This document shows, piece after piece, positions 30,753 through 39,415 of a stretch of DNA of 64,000 nt. A model generated the notes under the pieces. It made no database searches and was not told the origin of the DNA. It saw only the letters and a program-made list of their open reading frames with translations. A program made the translations under genes and the position numbers. This stretch comes from Acidobacteriota bacterium. GTDB taxonomy: Bacteria > Acidobacteriota > Blastocatellia > Pyrinomonadales > Pyrinomonadaceae. Position 1 is the first letter of the stretch, and every line of letters begins with the position of its first letter. The stretch lies in assembly GCA_016713675.1 (NCBI GenBank), contig JADJOS010000005.1, positions 144,018-208,017 of the forward strand, written 5' to 3'.

Positions 30753-32455
30753 ATGAGTGACAAGGATCTGGCAGCCCAACAGGAAGCTCGTGATGCGGTC
30801 TCTGCCGCCCACGAGGCGTTCGCCATTGTTGCCGGATTTGATCAAAAAAGATCGATGAGATCTGTGCGGCAATGTCAGCGGCGGCGTTGTCCGATGCGGC
30901 CCGTCTGGGGCAGATGGCTCGCGAAGAGACCGGATTTGGAAAACCTGAAGACAAGCGGGAAAAGAACAGGTTTGCCGCTGAGGATGTCTGGAATTATTTT
31001 AAGACCCTCAAGACTGTTGGGGTCGTCCGGGAAACCGAAAGTATTGTCGAAATAGCGAGTCCCCGCGGTGTCGTGGCCGCTATCATTCCTTCCACAAATC
31101 CGACCTCGACTGCAATATTCAAGATCATAATTGCGATCAAGTCACGCAATACCATTGTCTTGTCACCTCACCCTTCAGCTGCTAAATGTATTGCCGAAAC
31201 GGCTCGAATCATGCTTGACGCCGGTATCAAGCACGGCCTCCCGGCGGATTCTGTCAAATGCCTGAAACTCACAACGATCGAGGGCACCGAAGCCCTGATG
31301 AAGCACAAACAGACAGCGGTGATCCTGGCTACAGGCGGTACCGGCTTGGTTCGAGCGGCATATTCTTCGGGCAAGCCAGCGTTTGGAGTCGGACCGGGGA
31401 ATGTTCCGGTTTACATTGACAAGTCAGCTGACGTTGCAAAGGCCGTCGCAGATATTCTGACAAGTACTTGTTTTGATAACGGTACGATCTGTGCGTCTGA
31501 GCAGTCTGTCGTAGCCGACTCCGCGGTCGCTGATGAGGTGCGATCACAGTTTCGTGCTCAGGGCGGGCATTTTCTAAACGCGAACGATGCTGAGTCGGTC
31601 GGTAAGATCCTTTTGACGCCGCAACGCACACTTAATCCGGCCATTGTAGGGAAATCAGCCGCGTTTATCGCCGATTTGGCCGGTGTTGTGATCCCTGAAG
31701 GCACTAGATGTCTGTTGGCTGATTGCTTGGGTGTCGGACGGGATCATCCATGGTCGATCGAAAAATTATCGCCCACGCTTGCGTTCTTTGTCGTCGATGG
31801 GGTCGAAGCGGGAGCCGCGCGCTGTTTGGAGATCTTGCAGTTTGGAGGCATGGGCCATACGTCGGGAATGCACACCCAAGATCGGTCGGCGGCGATAAGG
31901 TTCGGCGAAAAAATGCCGACCGCAAGGGTCATAATAAATTCGCCGACAACCCATGGCGCGATCGGATTTTCGACGGGTCTTTCACCGTCGATGACGCTCG
32001 GCTGCGGTTCTTGGGGCGGAAATGTAACGTCGGATAACGTATCGCCTATTCATTTGATCGACATCAAACGGGTAGCGTTCGAAACGAAGCCCGTGAATAA
32101 AAGGTCGCCGGCAGTTTCGGCGGTAAAGACCGATGCCGCTGTTACTCAACCTTTCATCAAACCGAGATCGGTCACCCGCGAAGATATTGCTGCACTAGTT
32201 GACAGCTTCTTAAGCAAACATGTTAAACGGGAGGCTCCGGCGCCGGTTGCTGAACCGGTCAAACAAACGATCGTGCATCACACTTACCCGCTTCCTGAGC
32301 CGAAAAAGCCGCCCGCACCGCTGGATTTTGTCAGCGAGGATGACGTTCGCAGAGCATTGGATAAAGGTCAGCGGATATTTATAACAAAGAAAGCGATCCT
32401 GACGCCTTCGGCTCGAGACCTCGGCACTGAGAAGGATATTTTTACGATCGTCTAG
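30753..32455 (+). CDS. CoA-acylating aldehyde dehydrogenase (EutE/PduP-like), interrupted by a frame change in an A6 run (30844-30849), with a ~115-aa C-terminal extension
   Basis: The N-terminal 32 codons are in the frame of 30753 and the remainder in the frame of 30848/30872. The junction reads GFDQK|[14 protein letters not shown] once one A is added. The catalytic Cys is in [12 protein letters not shown]. Confidence 0.85.
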
Positions 32456-32461
32456 TTCTGT

Positions 32462-32839
32462 ATGGCTGAAGCGGTTCTCGAAAAAGCGATTTGTGCTGCA
32501 TGTGGCGTTGACGTCCGTGAAGGCACCCAGTTTTGTTATAATTGCGGAAAGCCGGTTCCGAATGGACTCGAATCAACCGTGGTCCCGGCGGAACTGAGCG
32601 GTAATGCCGATCCCGGATCGAACATCGAAAATGACGACAAGATCGAAACAAACGATAAAGCAGAGAAGCTAGCAGCCGCGGCGACCGAACGTAAAAGGTC
32701 GCGCGTGGGCCAGCGAAAGCCAAAAAAGGTCATTTGGGAAGAGCCCGGTGCGGCATCGAACAGGATGTTCATTCTAGTCTGTTTACTTATCACCGTGATC
32801 GCAGGTGCTTTGGTCTTCCTGATGGTTTTCATGAAGTAA
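32462..32839 (+). CDS. zinc-ribbon protein with a C-terminal TM helix
   Basis: It has CAACG...(12 aa)...CYNCG, an acidic/basic linker and a C-terminal hydrophobic helix (MFILVCLLITVIAGALVFLMVFM). It starts 7 nt after the AldDH stop. Confidence 0.55.
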   Translation: MAEAVLEKAICAACGVDVREGTQFCYNCGKPVPNGLESTVVPAELSGNADPGSNIENDDKIETNDKAEKLAAAATERKRSRVGQRKPKKVIWEEPGAASNRMFILVCLLITVIAGALVFLMVFMK

Positions 32840-32849
32840 CGGTGAACGA

Positions 32850-32951
32850 ATGGTCGCAGCAGCTGGTATTTTCTTTATCGCCTTGTTCGTCGGTTTAGCC
32901 TTGCTTTCGGTCGCGATATTCATCATTTGGCGTTTGAAACGGCGGAAATGA
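32850..32951 (+). CDS. candidate 33-codon single-TM micro-ORF (not in the ORF track)
   Basis: My hand translation gives MVAAAGIFFIALFVGLALLSVAIFIIWRLKRRK*. It fills the gap between the zinc-ribbon gene and the second BMC-H gene. No strong SD is present. Confidence 0.3.
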   Translation: MVAAAGIFFIALFVGLALLSVAIFIIWRLKRRK

Positions 32952-32969
32952 TCTTAAAAGGGTAATTTT

Positions 32970-33287
32970 ATGCAAGCTTTAGGGATGGTTGAGTGTTTTG
33001 GACTTGTCGCGATGATCGAGGCGGCGGATGCGATGGTCAAGGCGGCAAATGTTACACTCGTCGGCTACGAAAAGATCGACGCCGGGTTGGTCACTGCGAT
33101 CGTTCGCGGAGAGGTCGGAGCAGTCAAGGCCGCGGTGGATGCCGGCGCTGCTGCGGCTCGTCGTGTCGGTACGGTAACGGCCGTCCATGTCATTCCGCGA
33201 CCGCATAGTGAGGTCGACGAAGGGATTCCGGTGTTGGTGACCGGCGAAACGAACCGCAAAAAGATCTCCGGTTCCGTGCCCGAATAG
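32970..33287 (+). CDS. bacterial microcompartment shell protein, BMC-H (PF00936 type)
   Basis: The protein reads [31 protein letters not shown]...[33 protein letters not shown]. Confidence 0.9.
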   Translation: MQALGMVECFGLVAMIEAADAMVKAANVTLVGYEKIDAGLVTAIVRGEVGAVKAAVDAGAAAARRVGTVTAVHVIPRPHSEVDEGIPVLVTGETNRKKISGSVPE

Positions 33288-33311
33288 ATCGGCTCAAGTT
33301 AGATAACAATC

Positions 33312-33346
33312 AAAAAGAGGCCGTCCTTTGGGCAGCCTCTTTTTTT
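33312..33346. terminator. bidirectional terminator-like hairpin between convergent genes
   Basis: The sequence is aaaaagaggccgtcctttgggcagcctcttttttt: an imperfect GC stem flanked by A5 and T7. Confidence 0.5.
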
Positions 33347-33351
33347 AGCAG

Positions 33352-34455
33352 CTATGGTTTCGTCGGCGTAGTTGACGGCTTTGTTTGATTCGAACCATCC
33401 GCTTCAGCCGTCCTGCCCGTACGTGTGATCGGAATACGCTTCTGTTTGTTTGGGCCGTCTTCAACGACGACCTTAATGTTGCGGTATGTGCCGTCCTTTT
33501 TGTCGTTCGAGGGTACGTAGCCTATCGAAAACTGGGTACGCAGTTCACTGGCAATGTCCTTTGCGACTGCCGGCAATTCGCTCGGACCCGATGGGAAATA
33601 CGCCTTTCCTCCTGTCTCTGTTGCCATTCTTTCAAGAAAAGCTCTCGCTTTTCCCTGCGGGCTCTTGCCGATAAAGCCGCCCTCTTTGCTCAGGTCGCCA
33701 ACAAACCCGACAACATAGATCTGAGCTTCTGATTCACGAAGCAGCTCAAAAAGCTGCTTCTCGTTGTAATAGCTGTCGCGGTCTTCTCCATCGGTTACCA
33801 GAACGATCGCACGTCTTTTACGGTCCGCGGCACTTTGTGACTTCTCGTATTCCTCGACATTTTCCACCGCGAGATAAACGGCATCGATTATTGCGGTCTG
33901 GCCGCCCTCGATATAGAGATTATCAAGCGAATCGATGAGGTCAGCTTTGTTGGTCGTGAAAGGCTGTTCAATACTGATCTTTTCTCGCCCGACGAATCTA
34001 ATGATCGCTGTCTCATCCAGCGGGCCGTTTGTGTTTACCAATATCTTTCCGGCCTCGATCACCTTTTCAAGCTGCGGACGAAGCGAACCGGAATTATCGA
34101 TCACAAGTGCGTAATTTGTCGGGACTTCCGAGCGCGAAAAATAATCGATCTGCTGGAGGACGCCATCTTCGTAGATCTTAAAATCACCCTGCTTTACATC
34201 ATTTACCGGACGGCTATTGCGGTCGATCACCCTGATGTTGAGGTTAACAAGTTCAGTGTCGACCTTTTCGATGGTGTCGTCGTTCAGCACATTCGGTGTC
34301 GGTTTCGGCGTTGGCGAAGGTGTTGGTACAGGTGTAGGAGTCGCATTAACCGCTTTCGTTGAGGCTATCTGAGCATTCGACGCAAAAAAAGACTGGAATA
34401 AGATCGCCACCGCAAAGGTTGTTCCGGATAAAAAGAGAAAAAGGTTTCGTTTCAT
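33352..34455 (-). CDS. secreted von Willebrand factor A domain protein (Acidobacterial VWFA-related type)
   Basis: It has a signal peptide from the ATG at 34455 (MKRNLFLFLSGTTFAVAILF), a Pro/Thr linker, an N-terminal beta domain and a VWA with the MIDAS-like motif VIDNSGS. It is a paralog of the upstream gene. Confidence 0.85.
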   Translation of the reverse strand: MKRNLFLFLSGTTFAVAILFQSFFASNAQIASTKAVNATPTPVPTPSPTPKPTPNVLNDDTIEKVDTELVNLNIRVIDRNSRPVNDVKQGDFKIYEDGVLQQIDYFSRSEVPTNYALVIDNSGSLRPQLEKVIEAGKILVNTNGPLDETAIIRFVGREKISIEQPFTTNKADLIDSLDNLYIEGGQTAIIDAVYLAVENVEEYEKSQSAADRKRRAIVLVTDGEDRDSYYNEKQLFELLRESEAQIYVVGFVGDLSKEGGFIGKSPQGKARAFLERMATETGGKAYFPSGPSELPAVAKDIASELRTQFSIGYVPSNDKKDGTYRNIKVVVEDGPNKQKRIPITRTGRTAEADGSNQTKPSTTPTKP

Positions 34456-34468
34456 GGTTGCGTCGTTT

Positions 34469-35461
34469 TTATCGATAACTGACATTTGGAGTTGCGTAGT
34501 AGCCTTCGCGACTGCGAACCGTTAGACGCGGTAAACCCCGCGGAGGTTTGACCTTAACTTTAACTTTCCGCCACTTTCCATCCGGTGCAAAGTCCTTCGG
34601 CGTATATCCAATGGAGTATTGATGCCTCAGTTCGAGGGCGATCCGCTCGAATATCTCGTCCATTTCGACGTCGGTGTCAGGATAGAACGACTTGCCGCCA
34701 GTCACCGAGCTGATCTCATCCAGAAAAGACTGCCCTTGCATTCCGGGCCCACTCATTGTGTCGCCTCGGCTCATTATCCCGACCGAATACGTGACGACAT
34801 CAGCTTCTTTCATCAATCGACGAACCTCGCCAAAATTATACCGCGATGCGTTGTCTTGTCCATCACTGATTATTAAAAGTGCCCGCTTTTGATGAGAGCC
34901 GCGAGTGACTCGCTCGATCCCAAGATAAACGGCATCGTAAAGTGCCGTGTTGTTCTTTGGTTGAACAAGCGTTAATTTTTGCAGGACAGCATCGCCGTCA
35001 CGGGTTCGATCGAGCAGCAACTGGGCCCGGCTGTTGAAAGCGATCAGGAAATACTCGTCCGACGGGTGACTTGTTAGGATGAATCTGGACAACGCTTTCC
35101 GAGCTTTGTTGATCTTGTCACCGCTCATCGATCCGGAAACGTCAAACAGGATCCCTACGGAAACCGGGGCATCACTATCACTGAAAAATGTAATTTCCTG
35201 AGGCTCGCCATTGTCCGCTATTTGGAAGGCGTTTTTGTTCAGTCCCGAAACATATCTTCCGTAAAGGTCGGTAACCGTAAGCGTTAGCGTGACGAGATCG
35301 GTCTTCACCTTGACCGGAGCATTGTCGTCATCTGCAAGCGGCGGAGTCGGTGTCGGTTCCTGAGCAAACATTGTGGCGAACACGATGGCAAACGTAAACG
35401 CAATATATACCGCTCGAGCAACCAAGGGCCGTGCCAATACCACCAACGCATTTAAGGCCAT
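34469..35461 (-). CDS. secreted von Willebrand factor A domain protein (paralog)
   Basis: The ATG at 35461 is preceded by aggaga. It has a signal/anchor sequence (MALNALVVLARPLVARAVYIAFTFAIVFA) and a VWA with FDVSGSMSG. The C-terminus (KVKVKVKPPRGL.LTVRSREGYYA) parallels that of the other copy. Confidence 0.85.
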   Translation of the reverse strand: MALNALVVLARPLVARAVYIAFTFAIVFATMFAQEPTPTPPLADDDNAPVKVKTDLVTLTLTVTDLYGRYVSGLNKNAFQIADNGEPQEITFFSDSDAPVSVGILFDVSGSMSGDKINKARKALSRFILTSHPSDEYFLIAFNSRAQLLLDRTRDGDAVLQKLTLVQPKNNTALYDAVYLGIERVTRGSHQKRALLIISDGQDNASRYNFGEVRRLMKEADVVTYSVGIMSRGDTMSGPGMQGQSFLDEISSVTGGKSFYPDTDVEMDEIFERIALELRHQYSIGYTPKDFAPDGKWRKVKVKVKPPRGLPRLTVRSREGYYATPNVSYR

Positions 35462-35715
35462 AAACTCTCCTAAGGGTAACCTACATAGTAGGTAATGAAC
35501 GGAAACCGTGCAAGACAAAAAATGAGATGTTTGCAGCACGATATAGGTTGTTCGATCGACATCGAAATTCGGCAAAGATTCTTAGTGTGCAACAATTATC
35601 GCCGGCCTGCGTGATATAATCTGAAGCATCGCAAGGTCTATATTGTCGATTCGAGATCTTTCGCAAATCGGATTCCGATCTCGCAACATTGTGGCTCTTT
35701 AAAACGTCCTAATTT

Positions 35716-36954
35716 ATGGCTGAATTCATTTGTCGACTCGGCACCCCATCGGGTGAGATCGTAACAAAAGTAGTCGAAGCGGCTGCAGCTGCCGATGCCC
35801 GTTTGAGGCTTGAGGCCGATGGATTTCGCGTTTTTGCCATCTCGTCTGCCGAAGAAGGGCTTACGTCAGTACTTTCGCTTGGCGGCTCGACCAAGGGCAA
35901 GGTCAAGTCAAGCGATTTCCTGTTATTTAATCAACAACTTTCAGCATTGCTTCGGGCCGGAATTCCGGTTTTGCAAGCGATCGGATTGTTAAAAACGCGC
36001 TCAGGTTCAGCAAATCTGCGTGCAGTTCTGGTAGATGTCGAGGAAAAGATCAAGAACGGCATTCCGCTTTCTGATGCTTTTGAATCGCAGGGTATCTTTC
36101 CGCGTATCTACACTGCCTCGATCCTGGCCGGCGAAAAGAGCGGTGCGCTGGACGATGTGCTGGAACGTTTTGTTACATATCTGAAACGAAGCGTAGGCAT
36201 ATCGCGAAAGCTTCGCGGAGCTTTGGCATATCCCGCATTCCTGCTTTTGGCCGCCACCTTGATGGTCGCATTCTTGACCTTCTACATCGTGCCGCGAATG
36301 TCCGATCTTTTCAAAGGGTTAAGTGCCAATCGAGCTTTGCCGACTCTAACTGTCTGGGTGCTTGCCTTTTCCAACGCCATCATCGGAAATATTTGGTGGC
36401 TGCTGCCCTTAGTAATAATCATAACTGTCGCCTTGGTCTTATGGCTGCGCACGGCAAATGGTAAGCTGATGCTGCACAAATTGCTGCTCCGCATACCGGT
36501 CGCAGGCCAGCTGATCCGAAATATGGCGGCGTCATCATTGGCCCGTTCATTGTCAACACTTTTGTCCGGCGGTATCACGGTCCCCGAATCGTGGGACATT
36601 GCCTCGCAATCCATAAACAATCTGGAACTCCGACGCCGAAGCCAAGGCGTTCTGCCGATGATCCGTGAAGGACGCGGTTTTACCGAAGCTCTTGAGCAGG
36701 CCAATTGGCTTCCTGAACTTGCATTGGACATGATCGGCATTGGTGAAAAATCCGGCAGCTTGCGGGAGATGCTCGACGAGGTCGCAACTTTCTATGATGC
36801 CGAGGCGGAAGTACGTCTCGAACAGCTAACAACACTTCTGGAACCGGCGATCTTACTGTTCATGGCCGGAATCGTTGTTATTATTTTGCTTGCTATCTAC
36901 TTGCCGATCATCCAGACCATCTCGTCAGGGCCGTTCGGCGGAAGAAAGCAGTAA
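35716..36954 (+). CDS. type II secretion / type IV pilus platform protein (GspF/PilC family)
   Basis: It has two T2SSF repeats (FNQQLSALLRAGIPVLQAI..., LARSLSTLLSGGITVPESW) and three TM segments. Confidence 0.9.
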   Translation: MAEFICRLGTPSGEIVTKVVEAAAAADARLRLEADGFRVFAISSAEEGLTSVLSLGGSTKGKVKSSDFLLFNQQLSALLRAGIPVLQAIGLLKTRSGSANLRAVLVDVEEKIKNGIPLSDAFESQGIFPRIYTASILAGEKSGALDDVLERFVTYLKRSVGISRKLRGALAYPAFLLLAATLMVAFLTFYIVPRMSDLFKGLSANRALPTLTVWVLAFSNAIIGNIWWLLPLVIIITVALVLWLRTANGKLMLHKLLLRIPVAGQLIRNMAASSLARSLSTLLSGGITVPESWDIASQSINNLELRRRSQGVLPMIREGRGFTEALEQANWLPELALDMIGIGEKSGSLREMLDEVATFYDAEAEVRLEQLTTLLEPAILLFMAGIVVIILLAIYLPIIQTISSGPFGGRKQ

Positions 36955-36967
36955 CGGTATAGAATTT

Positions 36968-38659
36968 ATGAGTGTGGAAACTGAAGAAGTTGCAGTAAGC
37001 AACCCATCGGCGCCAAAGATCGAATTGTCTGATTTTTTGGAAAATGAACCGCCGGAAATGATCGATGCCAAGATCCTTGCGCGTCGATACCGTATGCCTT
37101 TCATCGACTTGCTGCCGCCCGACGGGCCATCGCCGGTCGATCACGACGAACTAGCTCGGCTGCCCGTCGATCTGATGCTCCGAAACCAATTCGTCCCCTT
37201 ACAACGCGAAGGTAACAACCTGCATGCCGCGATGGCGGATCCGACGAATCTGGAACGGCTCGATGAGCTCGAAAACGTTCTCAATATGCGGATCGTTCCA
37301 TATGTTGCGACCGCCGGTTCGATCGATGTTGTCCTTCGAAAGGGCGATTCGACACAGCGAGTACTGCAGGAGGCAGCATCCGGATTTAAGATCTCGCTCG
37401 TCAAGGAAACCGATCAGGGCGAAGAGGTTCTCGACCTCGACAGGCTCGCGTCGGACAGCGATATGTCGCCGATCATTAAGCTCGTCGACACGATCCTATA
37501 CAATGCGATGGAATCGCGAGCTTCTGACATACACATCGAAACGCGCGAGCGTGACGTTCAGGTCAAGTTCCGCATCGATGGAGCACTGTACGCCAAAGTC
37601 GACCCGATTGACATCGCCTATCACCAACAGCTCATTTCGCGTATCAAGGTCATGTCCGAGCTCGACATCGCCGAACGCCGCATCCCGCAGGACGGCCGTT
37701 TTCGTGTGCGTTACAAGGGCCGCACGGTTGATTTTCGTGTATCGATCATGCCGACCGTTTTCGGTGAGGACGCCGTTATCCGTATTCTCGACAAAGAGCA
37801 GATCAACGAGGAATTTAAGAATCTCGATCTCAATGTAGTTGGATTCGATCCTGACGATGTTGCTCGATTTCGGCTTTATATCAAAGAGCCATACGGAATG
37901 GTGCTCGTCACCGGGCCGACGGGTTCGGGTAAAACGACCACGCTCTATGCTGCACTCAACGAGATCCGTAATGAAGAAGACAAGATCATCACCATCGAAG
38001 ATCCTGTCGAGTATCAGCTTCACGGCATTGTCCAAATTCCCGTTAACGAGAAAAAGGGCCTGACGTTTGCCCGCGGACTGCGTTCGATCCTACGTCACGA
38101 TCCTGACAAGATCATGGTCGGTGAGATCCGTGACGAAGAGACCGCTCAGATCGCCATCCAGTCGGCATTGACCGGCCACCTCGTATTCACGACGGTTCAC
38201 GCCAACAACGTTATCGACGTCATCGGCCGATTCCTGAATATGGGCGTCGAGCCGTACAACTTTGTTTCGTCGCTCAACTGCGTGCTCGCACAACGCCTGG
38301 TTCGATTGCTTTGTCCGACATGTAAACGAGCCTATACGCCGACGCCCGAGGAACTTGCAGAATCGGGCCTGCATCAGAAGGATATTAGTGACAAAGTGTT
38401 TTACAAGAGCGTCGGGTGCGATGCCTGCAACCACACCGGCTATCGCGGCCGAACGGCAATTCACGAACTTCTCGACATGTCCGACACGATCCGCGAAATG
38501 ATCATCGAACGCCGCCCCGGCTCAGAGATCCGACGCCAAGCGGAAAAGGAAGGCCTCTCATCACTTCGCGAATCGGCTGTAAAGAAGGTGTTTCTGGGTA
38601 TGACGACTCTATATGAGATCAATCGAGTGACATTTGTCGAAGAGATCGGAAAGGTTTAG
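36968..38659 (+). CDS. type II secretion / type IV pilus assembly ATPase (GspE/PilB family)
   Basis: It has a T2SSE_N-like N-terminus, Walker A GPTGSGKTT, an Asp box, Walker B IMVGEIRD, a His box and the tetracysteine motif CPTC...CDAC. The ATG at 36968 avoids overlap with the upstream gene. Confidence 0.9.
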   Translation: MSVETEEVAVSNPSAPKIELSDFLENEPPEMIDAKILARRYRMPFIDLLPPDGPSPVDHDELARLPVDLMLRNQFVPLQREGNNLHAAMADPTNLERLDELENVLNMRIVPYVATAGSIDVVLRKGDSTQRVLQEAASGFKISLVKETDQGEEVLDLDRLASDSDMSPIIKLVDTILYNAMESRASDIHIETRERDVQVKFRIDGALYAKVDPIDIAYHQQLISRIKVMSELDIAERRIPQDGRFRVRYKGRTVDFRVSIMPTVFGEDAVIRILDKEQINEEFKNLDLNVVGFDPDDVARFRLYIKEPYGMVLVTGPTGSGKTTTLYAALNEIRNEEDKIITIEDPVEYQLHGIVQIPVNEKKGLTFARGLRSILRHDPDKIMVGEIRDEETAQIAIQSALTGHLVFTTVHANNVIDVIGRFLNMGVEPYNFVSSLNCVLAQRLVRLLCPTCKRAYTPTPEELAESGLHQKDISDKVFYKSVGCDACNHTGYRGRTAIHELLDMSDTIREMIIERRPGSEIRRQAEKEGLSSLRESAVKKVFLGMTTLYEINRVTFVEEIGKV

Positions 38660-38700
38660 GAGTATGCAAGTAACGGCCGAGATCCCCGTTCATTGATTAG

Positions 38701-39414
38701 ATGAGTATTCGCAGCATAAGCATAAAGTTTATCGTTTTGACCGTGGTATTGTGCGGCAATACCGTCTTTTCACAAATTCCCGGCAATCCTGACAACTGGT
38801 GCCGACAGGGGGTTTTTACTCAAGAATCTGACGATTTTGGCGTCAGTACAGTAAAGGGCAAAAAGGGCACACGTGCGTATTTTTACGGTGATGATTCCGA
38901 AAAGTGTCCCGGTTCGTTGAGCTGTAAAACCAGGAGTTATGTTGTTTCCGGCGACTCGGTCGTCACTAATCGAAAACGCGGCGACTATGTCTGCGCTTGG
39001 TTTGCCCCGCTCCAGGGTGCTCCGACGGTTGGATGGCTTAAAGCGAGTGATCTAGATCCGTGCGAGGATCTTTCTGACGCAAGTGCGAAAGTCTGGGTCG
39101 GCGAATGGAAATATGCGCAAAACGACATTATTTTCGCTTCCGCAGATGAACCGAACACTTTCTCCGTCAAAGGCAACGCATTTTGGAAAGGCCTCGGAGA
39201 CAACATTCACATCGGTGAACTCGACGGTGTTGCCAAACACAAAGACGGCTCGCTGGAATATTCGGACGGCAACGGCGAATTCGATTGCCGTGCATCGATG
39301 CGCCTCGCAACAGAGTCGTTCCTGATCGTTGCGGACAACATGAATTGCGGCGGAGCGAATGTAACGTTTTCGGGCGTTTACAGAAAAGCACCGGCAAAAC
39401 CGAAAAAGAACTGA
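38701..39414 (+). CDS. hypothetical secreted Cys-containing protein
   Basis: It has a signal peptide (FIVLTVVLCGNTVFSQ). I recognise no family. Confidence 0.5.
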   Translation: MSIRSISIKFIVLTVVLCGNTVFSQIPGNPDNWCRQGVFTQESDDFGVSTVKGKKGTRAYFYGDDSEKCPGSLSCKTRSYVVSGDSVVTNRKRGDYVCAWFAPLQGAPTVGWLKASDLDPCEDLSDASAKVWVGEWKYAQNDIIFASADEPNTFSVKGNAFWKGLGDNIHIGELDGVAKHKDGSLEYSDGNGEFDCRASMRLATESFLIVADNMNCGGANVTFSGVYRKAPAKPKKN

Positions 39415-39415
39415 A

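Noticed and set aside
30844-30850. A AAA AAG as a dnaX-like programmed -1 frameshift heptamer in the aldehyde dehydrogenase.
   Set aside because: In the upstream (zero) frame the codons are caa aaa aga, so the heptamer is not in the required X XXY YYZ phase. I saw no obvious downstream stimulatory structure. A second homopolymer break elsewhere points to indel error. The site is retained only as a low-probability alternative.
33378-33396. A ggttcgaatc string on the minus strand, reminiscent of a tRNA T-loop.
   Set aside because: The flanking bases cannot form a T-stem or acceptor stem, and the site lies inside the VWA coding frame.
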